Assembly: GCF_009914755.1 (NCBI RefSeq)
Contig: NC_060937.1
Length of the DNA: 64,000 nucleotides
Source of the DNA: the human T2T-CHM13v2.0 reference genome, Homo sapiens
Reading direction: 5' to 3' (one strand)
The translations under genes and the position numbers were made by a program. This document shows, in pieces, positions 17,405 through 33,049 of this stretch (position 1 is its first letter; every line of letters begins with the position of its first letter). A model generated the notes under the pieces. The model made no database searches. It worked only from the letters and a program-made list of their open reading frames with translations, and was not told the origin of the DNA.

Positions 17405-17562
17405 AAAAGCCCATTTTAACAGGAAAGTGGGTCCAGTCTCAGGCACTTAATAAGAGCCTCCCTACTCACCGCCAAAATGAGAGCTTTCTAGTACTTAAAA
17501 GTGGAGAACTATTACCACTTTCTATTATCACACACATCCATTACTGCAATTAAGAACACAAA

Positions 17563-17889
<327 letters not shown>

Positions 17890-18194
17890 CTATTAAACTG
17901 ACAGTTGCTTCTAGTTTTTAGTAGTAGTAGTGATAATATTCATCGTTAGCAGGGTTGGAAGTATAAATTCAATTGAATGATTTTTAAAAACCCACTTGGC
18001 AATACAAATAAGAATGGTAAAAATGCTCTCAACATTTACGCTAGTAATTCCATTCCTAAAATGTATTCTAAGGAAGTCAGTAATATCCATAAGAAGGTGT
18101 GTAGAAGAATGTTCATGACCAGCTCTTTACAATAAATTATGGGACATCTATTTGAACAATGGAATACAATGCAAATGTTAAAAATCATATTTTA

Positions 18195-18480
18195 GGACCG
18201 GGTGTGGCGGCTCAGGCCTGTAATCTCAGCACTCCGGGAGGCCAAGGCATGTGGATCACCTGAGGTCAGGAGTTCTAGACCAGCCTGGCCAACATGGTGA
18301 AACCCCATCTCTACAAAAATACAAAAATTAGCCAGGCATGACGGTGGGTGCCTGTAATTCCAGCTACTCAGGAGGCTGACGGGGGAGAATCGCTTGAACC
18401 CCAGAGGGGGAGGTTGCAGTAAGCCAGATCATGCCATTGCATTCCAGCCTGGGCAACACAGCAAGACTCCATCTCAAAAA
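18195..18480 (+). mobile_element. AluS
   Basis: Full dimer; AAAAATCATA flanks. Confidence 0.93.
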
Positions 18481-19044
18481 TCATAATAATTTTAAAAATC
18501 ATATTTTAAAAGACTATTCAATGGAATGAAAATGTTTATGACGTAATGCTTGTCTCTGTGCTTCTCTGTTAGGTGTTTTTGAGAGCTTGCACAGTTCTGG
18601 GTCTTAGAAAGTGGCGACTAGAACAAAGCCACTGTCTCACAGGCCTTAAAATCTACAAAGGGAGACGCACAAACTACTTAACAGCAGATTCTGATAAACA
18701 CTGGGGGAGAAAATTATGGTGTCATGGGAGAGAACGAGGGACCTAATTTTGACTGGAGGCTCAGAAAAGGCTTTTCTGAATCACAGACCCAAAGATGAGC
18801 CCTGAGGGAGAAGTGGGCCTGGTCCCGCAGCAGGGCCAGCACTGGGCAGCCTGAGAGACAGGCAGAGTGGGCAGGGCCAGGGTGGTCAGGACCAGGGCGG
18901 GTAGGGCCAGGGTGGGCCTGCCAGCAGCTGGGATCCTGCAGCTACAGGTGGGTCCTGTCCGCCAACTCCCAGGCACCATCCTGAGGCCAGAGAAAAGGTT
19001 TCCAGAAGGGAAATGACAGAATCTTCCCTTTTCAGAATGAGGGG

Positions 19045-19200
19045 GGCTAGACACGGTGGCCCACGTTTGTAGTCCCAGCTACTTGGGTGGACTGCTTGAG
19101 CCCAGGAGGTCGAGGCTGCAGTAAGCCATGATCATGCCACCACACTCCAGTCTGGGTGACAAAGCAAGACCCTGTCTCAAAAACCAAAACAAAACAAATC
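19045..19200 (+). mobile_element. Alu right-arm monomer (FRAM/AluJ)
   Basis: GTAGTCCCAGCTAC...GGCTGCAGTAAGCCATGATC. Confidence 0.8.
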
Positions 19201-19439
19201 AGACTGAGGAGGGTACTGTGCAGGGAAGGCCGGAGAAAGACGCAGAAGGGGCAACCAGGAGCCACCAAGATCCCAGGAGCAAAGGTGGAGCCTGTACCGG
19301 GGGCAGGAGAGGCCAGTGCATGAGGTGCTTCCGAGGAGAACTGACTGGGGTGATCTGATGGGCTACAGGACCTCAATTCTGTTACACAAAAAGTGTGTGT
19401 GTGGTATATGTATTATATAGTTTAATATATAATTCCATC

Positions 19440-19572
19440 TTTTTTTTTTAATTTAAAAAAATAGACAGGGTCTTGCTGTTGCCCAGGCTGGCCTTGAACT
19501 TATAAGCTCAAGCAATCCTCCTGCCTCAGCCGACCAGACTGTTGAGATTACAGGTGTGAGTCACTGCACCCC
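19440..19572 (-). mobile_element. FLAM/Alu monomer
   Basis: Left-arm antisense. Confidence 0.8.
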
Positions 19573-19598
19573 ACCTATTTTATCTCTCTCTTTCTTTT

Positions 19599-19740
19599 CA
19601 GTCTCTGTAGAGACTGTCAAAAATCGCCAGTGCTGACTACATTTCAAGTTGTTATGGTGGGGTATTGGAAAGTTTCCAATTAGCAATAATCGCACCTTGG
19701 ACAAACTTCATTGGCTATGACACTGCCACTGTGCAAAGCT
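19599..19740 (-). pseudogene. U4 snRNA processed pseudogene (full length)
   Basis: Reverse complement AGCTTTGCACAGTGGCAGTGTCATAGCCAATGAAG...GATTATTGCTAATTGGAAAC...GATTTTTGACAGTCTCTACAGAGACTG aligns end to end with U4 snRNA with scattered (largely CpG-type) substitutions, followed by an A-rich tail. Possibly RNU4-9P (from memory, unverified). Confidence 0.92.
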
Positions 19741-19811
19741 TTATCTATTTTTGTAATTAGAAAAAAGTTGTGCAGTTTTATACCAACATGTTAACAGCAG
19801 TCTTACCAGGT

Positions 19812-20070
19812 GGCCGAGGCGGGCGGATCACCTGAGGTCAGGAGTTCTAGACCAGCCTGACCATCATGGAGAAACCCCGTCTCTATTAAAAATACAAAAA
19901 AATTAGCCGGGCGTGGTGGTGCATGCCTGTAATCCCAGCTCCTCGGGAGGCTGAGGCATGGCGCATTGCTTGAACCCGCGAGGCGGAGGTTGCAATGAGC
20001 TGAGATCACCCCACTGCACTCCAGCCTAGGCACAGAGCGAGATTCCATCTCAAGAAAAGAAAAACAAAAA
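19812..20070 (+). mobile_element. 5'-truncated AluSp-like
   Basis: Starts at GGCCGAGGCGGGCGGATCACC. Confidence 0.9.
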
Positions 20071-20863
20071 CTAGGAGCAAGGCTTAAGGGGAGAGGGGAT
20101 TATGACACAGAGGGGTATGCTTTGCTTGTGTCTTGTCAAAGTAATTTAAATTCCTACATTAAAAAGGTATGTGGTGTGCCTTCTGGAAGAGCCAAATTTA
20201 ATTTGAAAGGCACTAAGAAAAAAAAAGGGGAAAAGGCAAGGAACTGCTACACCCAAAAGCCATTGTAATACAATTTCCTGTTACATGACCGACATTCCTA
20301 AACTTAAGTGTTTCTTTCTTCCTTCTCCTCTTATTAATATTTCAGCACGCGTGTTCAGTAACACCAAACGGTGGTTCCCTTTCAAGAGGAAGTGAGAAAG
20401 AGGAAATGTACATGTTATCTAAATTCCTTTTATCTTTTTCATTAGCAAAATATCTTTAGTACAATGAAGAATCCTGTGGCAGGATCTTGTCACCAAGACA
20501 AAGGGCTAGGAGATTAGTGTTACCATTTCTCTATAGCTTTTTTGGTGATGCATATTGTTAGAATTAAGCCAAATAAATATCCCGAGGAGATCTGCATTTC
20601 TGGTTAGCATCTTTTCCAGTGTCTGACAACTGAGGTGAGGGTTTTGGCTGGACTAGTACACAGAACTTTCACTGGTGAGCAAGCACTGATTGAGCACATG
20701 CTCTGCAACATGGGAGGCCTTGTGGGCACAGAGGGATAAACTCCCAAGATCCAGGCCTCCAGAGACACTGCCTAAGACAGGGAGAGCAAGACGGGAACAT
20801 GACAATCTGCCAACACAATGCCCAATGCATGGAGCATCCTTGGGGTTAGAAATAAATTTCTGA

Positions 20864-21488
<625 letters not shown>

Positions 21489-21935
21489 ATGTCTTTGCTG
21501 TGGAAGTTTGAATAGGAACAGCTCGATCCAGGTGGAAGAACCAGGAAGAGCCTGTGTAAAAAGGAATCTGAGTGGAATCACAGAAGCTACTAGAATCCAG
21601 ATAGGTGGTGATACTTCCAACCAACGAAATCATATGTCAGAGAGACCCAAAGTAAGCAAGCGGGAAGAGCTGTCTGGGAGGCCATGCTGTGTGGCTGAGA
21701 CACTGCAGAGAGCTCCTCTGTAGAGGGGAGCATGTGGGGAGGATAAGACCAGGGTCTGGGAGGCCCCAGGAGCTGCAGCAGAGCCAAGGTGGGAGTCAGG
21801 CTGGCCAGCTGCCAGGGACGTGGGGGGCAGCCATGTATGGATGCCCAGGGAATGAGAGGAGGGGAGAGGGACCCTGATAAACTCCATGCCCCACAGACAT
21901 GAGGGAAAGGAGAAGCAACCCCTATGAGGATGGAA

Positions 21936-22345
<410 letters not shown>

Positions 22346-23487
22346 CACTCCCTTTTCTTATTAAGCAGATGGCCCCTGATTCACTGAGCAGCTGGTGTGG
22401 ACACTGTTCTCAGGAAGGCTGCCTCTCAGTGCACATCCTGACCACTGGCTGTCTTCTTTATGCCCTTCCTTATTTGATCTAATATAATCAGTTTATCAGT
22501 TTGTTTGTTTACATTTCTTCCCTAACCTCATTCCATTAAAGTTTTAAATCACTTAAACATGATAAAGTGGGGGGAAAGAACTGGATTAATCAGGATTAGG
22601 AAATTACAGCTGACACAATATTCAGGACCAGGAAAATGTATCAATGCTGAGCCACAGACTGGGCACCCCTCAGCAGATCAGAGGGAGGGTGGACAGGCAG
22701 GATACAGGTCATCCACAGAGAAAAAGCCCATGCCAGTTTCTCAAGGAAAGCAGAACCCTTTCCTAGCACTCGCATCCAAACAAAGTTCTCACATAAGTCT
22801 TCCTAGAGGGGACACCATGTGATAAAGTGCTTTGCTATTCTAAGGGGTCCAGGGGGCCATGGGCCTCCCCTGGGAGTTACTGAATTGGAACCTCACCCTC
22901 ACAGGACTCATAGGCACCATCCTGAGTGCTATAATTAAGAACAGTGAGTGCAGTGAGCTGACGACACCCCCACCTACCCACACCATGCAGATGTTCCCCC
23001 TATAATCCACTGCAACCAGAGAGAAAACAAGTCCCAGGCTTCCGCAGAACAGAAATATTTTGCATATTTAAATGCAAACTTAAATGATCACTTATGCCAA
23101 TAACTATCCAATGCTCAAAATATGATACTCATAACCAAAAAACTTACCTTTCCAATTCCTTAAATCTATATTTAAAGAGCAGCTCCTCCCATAAGAAATA
23201 TTAATCTAGTGGCCTAGTTTTTTTCTACAGGAATTTTTGTAAGTTTTCAGTAATTTATGTGCAAAAGACTAATAAACATATCATTTGACATACACATTAT
23301 ATCCTTACACAGAAAATACCCTTGAGTCTTTTACTTTTTCCAGAAATTTCCATTTTAAAGTATTTTAATTAAAAATATACCCAAACATGCTAGTTACATG
23401 GGTGGGTTTAATATGCAAAAATTCACTATGCTGTGTGCTTAGAAATTGTGCACTTTTAAAGTAAATTTTACTTTAATTAAAAGTTAA

Positions 23488-24421
<934 letters not shown>

Positions 24422-25764
24422 GAACTCTATTATACTGAATTCAAATCATCTTTTTAACAAACTGATGCATACAACTCTAAAGGTACTGTTATCTTTTTCT
24501 CTTATTATTTGGGTTCACATAATGACTTTCCTACCTGAATTTTCTGAACGCAAATACATTTTTTATCTAGGCCAAGAAAAGTGTGAGTTGGAGGGGAAAG
24601 GTGGAGGCACAGCTGTTTTAAGTTATAAAGTAACACCACACACCAAACTGAATGAATTATTTCAAGGGCATTAAATATGGTAAATGGAGGCCTTTCTGCT
24701 AGCAATTAACATAAATTAAATGTTGATGGAAACTTCATCGGTGTCATGATCCTTACTTTTAGTGTATTTGTGTTTCTGTATTGGAAACAGCACTGGCTTT
24801 ATTACTTCTTGCACTATAATTATCACTAATGGATTTTACCCTAATAAGATCCCACCTGTATTTGGGATTATTTGCTTGACTTGTTTCTTTTTCTCACAGC
24901 TGAAACACAACCGCAAAGAACACAGGGGCTTGGTTTGCCTCCTTTGTCTGCAAGTGATTTACAGGAGAAGATTTTAAGCTCTGCTGTTGGCCTGAAAGTT
25001 TCTCTGCAATCTTACTCCAGATTTCCCCAGGACTGCTCCTTCCCTACTTTCAAAACTGCTGGGTTCTGTACGTCAAGGGATAATGCTTGGCAGCATATTT
25101 AACTTCATGCTTTCACAATGAGAATGTCTGTGCCTTTGCTGTCAGCTTCACTGCTGAAACACTCTGCACCACATTACTCACAACCCTGTGCTTTATCAAA
25201 GCAGCTCGACATAACAATCCTCACTATATACAAGTTAATCCCAGTATGGCCCAAATTATCAAGGAAGCCCTCTATAAAACAGCAGGATTCATTTCACAAA
25301 CATCTCCTCTGAGAAATGTAAATTCTCTATTTAAGGTCTATGGTAATAAACTACAAGAGGATTGAGAGTGGTTTTGGAAATAACAAATAACACTGTTAGC
25401 CTTTTCCTATGACTGCAACACCAGGAGTATGTAATTAGGTTATTTCTAAGAAACCAGAAGTGCTCAGGCCATTCTGATGTGCTTTGAGCATGAAATCTTA
25501 CTACTTTTCCAAGGTACCAAAAATACTTAGCTTATTTCCGCTTCATGCAACTGTAATTTTTAAGATGACAGATTGTAATAAAACACTGGCTTTCATGAAT
25601 CATTTCATAATGCAATTATGTTTTACTTGTTACATTTCACTAATTACATTTTTACCTGGTTGGACACTAGTTCCATTTTATATGGTCCTGTCCCTCAATT
25701 TGGATTGTATTCAGGTATACGAATTGCTAAGAGATCATAAATGTATGGCTATGAGGTGTAGGGG

Positions 25765-26067
25765 TGTGTGTGTGTGTGTGTGTGTGTTTTAAATAGAGAT
25801 AGGGTCTCGCTCAGCTAACCAGGATTGGAGTGCAGTGGCTATCATAGCTCACTGCAGCCACAAACTCCTAGGCTCAAGCGATCCCTCCTGCCTCAGCATC
25901 CCATGTAGTTGGGACTACAGGTGCACACCACCACGTCCAGCTTTTTATTTTTTGTAGAGATGGGGAGTCTCGCTATGTTGTCCAGGCTGGTCTCAAACTC
26001 CTGGCCTCAAGTGATCTTCTTGACTGGCCTCCCAAAGTGCTGGGATTACAGGCATGAGCCACCACAC
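25765..26067 (-). mobile_element. AluJ with adjacent (TG)n microsatellite
   Basis: (TG)~11 at 25765-25786, antisense AluJ dimer. Confidence 0.9.
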
Positions 26068-26729
26068 TCATCTCTGTAAGCTGTGTATTAATGTATAACT
26101 GGTGCCACCTCCACTAATGTATCCTTTAATCCTAAACAACTGAAAAGTGAGACTGTTGCCACAATTTTGACGATTTCTCAAGCTTTTTCTTTCTAGTTTT
26201 TCCCATTTCCTGAACATGTTAATAGTTACACCCCCTGTAACAGCATATACACTAATTGTTAAATAGGAGAAAACCGAGTCAGAGAATAGCCAATGCATGT
26301 TGCTCAACCCTCCCATTTCTAGGAAAAAAAAAATGCACAAACCAAAACAAGAAAAGGGAAGCCAGTCTCTTTCCATGATAGCTCAGAATAACCCGAATAA
26401 ACACCAAAAAAAGGGGCTAAGCACGAAAGCCCTTTTCATCTCCACAAGAACAGATCAGAAAATACACATTACAATTTCAGGAGACCTCAGCAACTTCTGG
26501 AACTTGCCTGAAAAGGAAAAGCAGCTCAAAAGACCATTTTAGAGAGAAGGTAGAGAACCTTCAATTGTGAGTTCAATTATGTGTTAAAAGGGCCTTGGGT
26601 TTTTAACCTAGAAACACTTGTATAAGTAGTAACCAATTCAAAGCCTTCAAGTAGTTGCCAAACCATTCTGACTGCCCCAGCTGTCCCATAGCTGCCTCTG
26701 CACATGGCCCTGCAGAGGTCTGTACCCAC

Positions 26730-27071
26730 CTGGTCGCATCCTGCGTTCACCAGTTCCTGCAGCATTTGCCGGTTCACTTCTGCAGCTGCAGAGGTGCCCG
26801 ATTCATTAGCAAAAGGCAACAAGGAATATCTGATTTCCCTCAAGGCTTTCTGATAAGGTCCGAACTTTGGGGTGGCTCTCATCTGCTGCTGCTGCCTGGT
26901 GGCATCTTTGCTCCCCAGGACTTTGGCATCCAGGGAAGTGTCACTGTTTGGTCCTGCGGGTAGCCCCTGAACCGAAGACTTGGATGGCTGCTTTAACCCC
27001 TCACGAATCTCTTGCAGTCGCTGCCGGCTATTTCCAGAATAAGTCGTGGCAGGAAAAGTCTTTGGCCTCAT
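26730..27071 (-). CDS. LATS2: LATS2 (large tumor suppressor kinase 2) first coding segment, codons 1-114 in exon 2; CDS continues beyond the window after splicing
   Basis: Translation MRPKTFPATTYSGNSRQRLQEIREGLKQPSKSSVQGLPAGPNSDTSLDAKVLGSKDATRQQQQMRATPKFGPYQKALREIRYSLLPFANESGTSAAAEVNRQMLQELVNAGCDQ matches the LATS2 N-terminus. ATG at 27071-27069; phase-0 donor CAG|GTGGGT at 26730/26729; 342 nt. Confidence 0.97.
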
Positions 27072-27275
27072 TGTTAGTCCAGTTTCCTTTTACCATAAAT
27101 ACAATCTTCTTAAAGTGTTTTATTATTTAAAAAAAAAAACTGTCAATAGTATCAGTTTGTTGTAAACATACTTTCAAAATAATTTCCTTTTGAAAATGTT
27201 CTTTCCTTCCATTTTTGTAGTTCCTATAGAGAACCTAAAATTTTCCAAAGTCTTCATTTTGAAGATTATCACTCT
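26730..27275 (-). other. LATS2: LATS2 exon 2 (204 nt 5'UTR + 342 nt CDS; 546 nt)
   Basis: Acceptor TTTTCTTTTTCAG|AGAGTG at 27276/27275 on minus strand; donor at 26730. Confidence 0.9.
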
Positions 27276-29593
27276 CTGAAAAAGAAAATAAATGGGAGAG
27301 AAATGTTCATTTGTCATTTTCACGCAACGTTAATGCTACTTTTCAGAAATAAACAGTGATCGTGGAAATATACCGCTTGGAAAGAAAAGAAAGAACGCAT
27401 CACCTCTCAGAAATGACAAAAATACTGTTCAACCATGGTTAGAGCACATGACATCTACGGCTGTCCCAAAATGCTTCCTGTAATACGTAATCTGCAATAA
27501 AGTAAATTGCTATAAATATTCAACTCAGGGCAAGAACAGTAGTATTAACAACTGACAGCTCATTTAAAATACTTCATTATAATAAAATTTTATTTTGAAA
27601 CCCACAGCTTGAGGAGTATTTAAATTTTCTACATGGGATCTTGGATTTCTGGCTTGTTCCTAATAACCAATCCACTCCTTGTCCTTCATCCCCATGGCTT
27701 TACTAACCTCTCCCCCCTCACATGAGATGTGGTCCTTCCATATCTTTAGAAAACTTTCTGAACTTTTCCTTATAAAACCCTCCCAATTTTCCTAAAAGAC
27801 ACCACAAAGCCTGTCACATTAAAACTGTCCCATGTTGCAAATGTTTCAATTGCAGTTTCCACACACACATTATGAGACTTTGAAGGTAACTACTTCCTTT
27901 GTTTTTTACAAGGTGGCCACTTACCAGCATTTTGACCTAAATAGTAAAATTAAAATATCTTTCTTGTAGCAATTGATACTGACATGGAAGGGGACTGGTA
28001 ACAGCATGTAGGCAACTTCTCAGAGTGCACCATGGCCACATGAACATCAAATGATCATGTGGGTAAGAGTTATTACTACAGAACTACAACTGCAGCATGG
28101 AAATGGCCTCGTTACATGGAACGCGATGTCACAAAGGCATTTTCCAATAGTAAATTCTACCTACCCCAGGCCTCGTTCACGGCCTACTCTGCTGTTCTTT
28201 GATTCAGAAAGGAAAATCCAGTCCAAGTCAACACCGCCCTCAGCAGCCAGCACAGGTCACTTGTCACAAGGCTGGGTGACCCTGGACCAGTCCCTTCGCC
28301 TCCCTCAGCCCCACTCCCTGCTATGTAATAGAGACGGATGCTTAGGACAGTGGTGAGCACCGGGTCAGATGACAAGGGTACCAGGCCCTGCAGTACTTGG
28401 AACACACAACATCCTCCCTATTCTTCACCCCGTGATGAATGTTTATATAACCAGCTGCTCTAATCCAGGGAAGGTGCCCGCTGGTGGGAAAGGCAGGGCC
28501 AGCACCCCACACCGTGCCAAAGCCCTTAGTGGCTGCCCCTTCCCTCACCCACTCCCCCTTACTCCACAGAACTCAATGAGCAGATTTCGAAGGATAATCA
28601 TTTTGAGTTTTAATAAACGAAGAACAACTGATCCAAAAAGAGTACCCTCTAAACGGGGATGGGCAGAGGGATCTGGATGTTTAGCTTCCGTAAGGAACTT
28701 TATAACTGTAAACCGCGACCCTGCTTCACAGACTTTTTCAAGTGGATTAAAAAAAAAAAAAAGGATAGCTAATATTCACCCAGCCTTACTATGTGTCAGG
28801 TGCGGTTCAAAGAATTAATTTACATAGATCTATTGCACAACCATATGCAATAGCAAACACTAAGAGATGACATTTGAATTCCTAGTCCTTGCTTAGATGG
28901 GAAGGGGATTGTAAGCGTTTTAACTATCCCCTTTCTCAATGTAATTGTGAGAAGATTCCATTTAGAAGATAAGAGAGAGACTAAATAAATTTCTCAACAT
29001 GAAATCCCTATTTTAATACACAATATAATATAGTAAAGTCACTGAAATGACTGTAAGACTGTGCAGACATTGAGCTATTAGATCCAGGGACAGCCCAGAT
29101 CCCCTGGGGCCTGTACTGGCCACATACCAGAAGCCTAGAGCTCTGCTTAATTGGTGTAAAATGGGGCATATTGCAGCCACACTCATTTCAGTGACTTTGT
29201 GCTCTAAGCATCTGTTTTGAAATACCTAACTTTGTAAAACCGTAACTTCACATTCCGACAAAAACGGAGAGGTTCTCAAGGTGATGCCAAGCAGTATGGA
29301 GGATCCTAGAAGTGACTCGGTATGTCTGGGAAGAGGCAGTAGAGTTCTTTCTTTTCCTATAGGAATTCACACAAATCACTTTGTTTCCAATCTTAAGTTT
29401 TCTTCCCTTTCTTTGAAAACTAAAATAGAGAAAACACAGCCATACTATCTTCACAAGAACAATCAATGCAAGGGAGGGCCTGACAATACGCAGAGAGTTT
29501 CTTCATGCTCAAAATACATTCACTCGGCCATCTACTCATCTAGCCCATCCACCCTCTACCTACCATACAAACATTTATTAAATACCTACTCAA

Positions 29594-29922
<329 letters not shown>

Positions 29923-30882
29923 CCTACTGAATCTCAGGCACTGATAGGATAAATGAAAACAAAATCTTGGCTTCAGCAAGTTTACTGTCAAGTGAAAGCT
30001 GGGGTGAGGCAGGCAAATAAACAACTTCAAAAAAAGAGAGATGCCTGGAGAATAAAAAAGAAAGAGCTCTAGAAATAATTAGACCTGAGTGTCAGGAGGA
30101 ATGGAATTCCAGCTAGAGGGAACAGCATATGCAAAGAAGCCTTTAGGCTCCACCCACCACATTCAGGTCTGTGCAATGCAGGCTCTTCCTGGAGACATAG
30201 GAGGTCAAAGGACTCGGGGGTAGTGGGGGTGTCTCGTGGGATGAAACCATGGAGGTATCCAGAGGCTCAATTCCCAGCCATGTTGAGTCTGGACTCAGTG
30301 CAGAGGATGGGCAGTCACTGCCTATGGTTCAGCTAAGGAGTGACACGGCCTGAGTGGAAGGTGGGCTTAGAAGGGACAAGTGCAACACTTCTGGGTGAGG
30401 AGCAGCAGCCCCGGGGAGCAAGGGGAAGGGGTTTCAGGTCTGGAATGAAAGGCACAGATGGGGGATGGTGGGGAGGGGTGCTGGCATCTGCATATGGGAC
30501 ATTTGCCCGGCCAGAGGCCTGCCTGCTCAGCCATGAAATGGAGCTACCAGGTGAGTGGATGGCTGAGGCCCTCCCGGCTCACTCACATTCCTTACAGGAG
30601 CAGCCACCTGTGATATGTCTCTTTTTACCAGCAGTGACATTAGCAGGGCACAGAAGGGGCAAGCTGTTTTTCACTCAGCTATGAAAGGGCAAGAGCCACA
30701 AGAGACACTGCAGACTGAAGAAAAAGAACCATGAGAAAGTTCCATGTTAAAGCCAGGATGCAGGGATGTCCTCTCCCCCATCACATGAGCAGAGCAAAGG
30801 GAGTTGGGGGTGGCTGAAGGAGGTCCTGGTTGACTCTGAGGCTGGAAAGCTCTCTCTGGAATCTGCTCTAAAGAAGGGAAGC

Positions 30883-31337
<455 letters not shown>

Positions 31338-31339
31338 TT

Positions 31340-31745
31340 AACATATATTTTTTAAACTGCACAGATTGTAAGATTGACAAATGTTCACCAAGGAACACAC
31401 TCTTGTAAATAGCATCCAAATCAAGAAGTGTATCATTATCACAACCCCAGAAGCCTCCAGGCCCCCACAGACCAAGGGGAACCACCTTCATGTCATCTAA
31501 CACCAAGGATTAGTCTGACCAGTTTTTGAACTGTATATCCAAGGAATTATGCAATCTCTACTCTGTAGTTTAGCACATTTCTTTCAACACTATATTTGCA
31601 GATTCATACACGTAGTATATATATAGCAGAAGCCTGTCAGTTGTCATTGCTGCGTAATATCCCCTTGTATGAATACACCATAACTTATGCATCCATTCTA
31701 CCTAATGGACGTTTAGGTTGCTCCTGGTCTGGGCTATTACAAATG
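31340..31745 (-). mobile_element. Old L1ME 3' fragment
   Basis: ATCCATTCTACCTAATGGACGTTTAGGTTG..GGGCTATTACAAAT pattern. Confidence 0.6.
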
Positions 31746-32765
31746 GCACCACTGCCATTCAGGTTGCCATGGCTCCAGGCCCAGAGCTGTGAGGAGCTGC
31801 AGCGTGGGTGCTCGGCTCAAGGCCTTGCTTACCATCGCCGTGCCAAATACGCTGAAGAGCGACTGGCAGAGCCCCTGGAGAGACTGTAAAAAGGCACCCC
31901 TTCCTCAAGAAGTTTTTTGTTTCTATATTATTGTACAGCACCAACAACTCTCCCTGGGGAGCTTTCTGGAGCCCTGTGGGCAAGAGGCCCTGGCCCACGC
32001 ATAGACATGCCATGATACCACAGCCACGTGAGGGGGGGCAGGAAAAGGCTGAGTCAAATGGAAGGCGTGAACGGGACCTCTGAGGCATAGGAGAGAAAGA
32101 AATGGTCTTAGTGCAAGTCACAGAGAAGGGTGATCATGTCTGCCCTCTAGAAGATGTGTGACGCATACGCCGTGTAAGGGGAGGTGAGTCTCTACTGCCA
32201 CCCAGGTCTTCTGTGAGTGGCTAAAAGTCTCCAAGCAGACTGCACATGCCCTCATATAAATGTGTATACATGTGATGTGAGACAAGCCCTCTTATATGTA
32301 GGGCCCTTGAGCAGTGCACAACCTGAACACCCACACAAGGTGACCCTGTTACTTGGTCCTGAGGATGCAGAAAGACTGATTTGCCTCTGACTTTAAGGAG
32401 CTCATAGCTCAAGATGGGAAGGCAGAGGAGAAAATCAATTATTTAAATACACTATAGGGTATGTGTCACAATGAAAGTTTGCCCAAAGAATTATGGGGAT
32501 CTGAAATAGAGAGCAGTTACAGGATAGAGAAAAGTGGGTGCACTCAACAGCACTAAGAGGTAGAACCCATAGGAGTAAGTAATGTTCACTGGAAAGGACT
32601 GATATGAAAGATGAGCCCAAGTTTCTGGTTTGAAAAATGGGGCCAGTGGTGGTGCCATTCTCTGAGCCAGGAAACCTCACCTGTCTGGGCAATGCGGCCC
32701 ACCAGGAGAGCAGTGTCAGTGGTGGAGGAGGAAGGCAGTGACCAAAGGTGAAAAAGCACAGGGCA

Positions 32766-33049
32766 GGCTGGGTCCAGTGGCTCACACATGTAATCCTGGC
32801 ACTTTGGGAGGCCAAGGTGGGAGGACTGCTTGAGCCCAGGAGCTGGAGACCAACCTGGGCAACAGAGGCAGACGGCATTTCTAAAAGTAATTAAATAATT
32901 AACCAGGTGTGGAGGCACACCTATGGTCCCAGCTACTCCGGAGGCTGAGGTGGGAGAATCACTTAAACCCAGGAAGTAGAGGCTGCAGTGAGTCAAGGTC
33001 ACACTACTGCACTCCAGCCTGGGAGTCAGAGCAAGACCCTGTTTAAAAA
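32766..33049 (+). mobile_element. AluJ
   Basis: Full dimer; TSD AAAAAGCACAGGG. Confidence 0.9.

Noticed and set aside
26577-26729. C-terminal 50 aa of the 164-aa ORF (VGTDLCRAM...)
   Set aside because: Read-through past the CAG|GTGGGT donor into intron 2; not LATS2 sequence.
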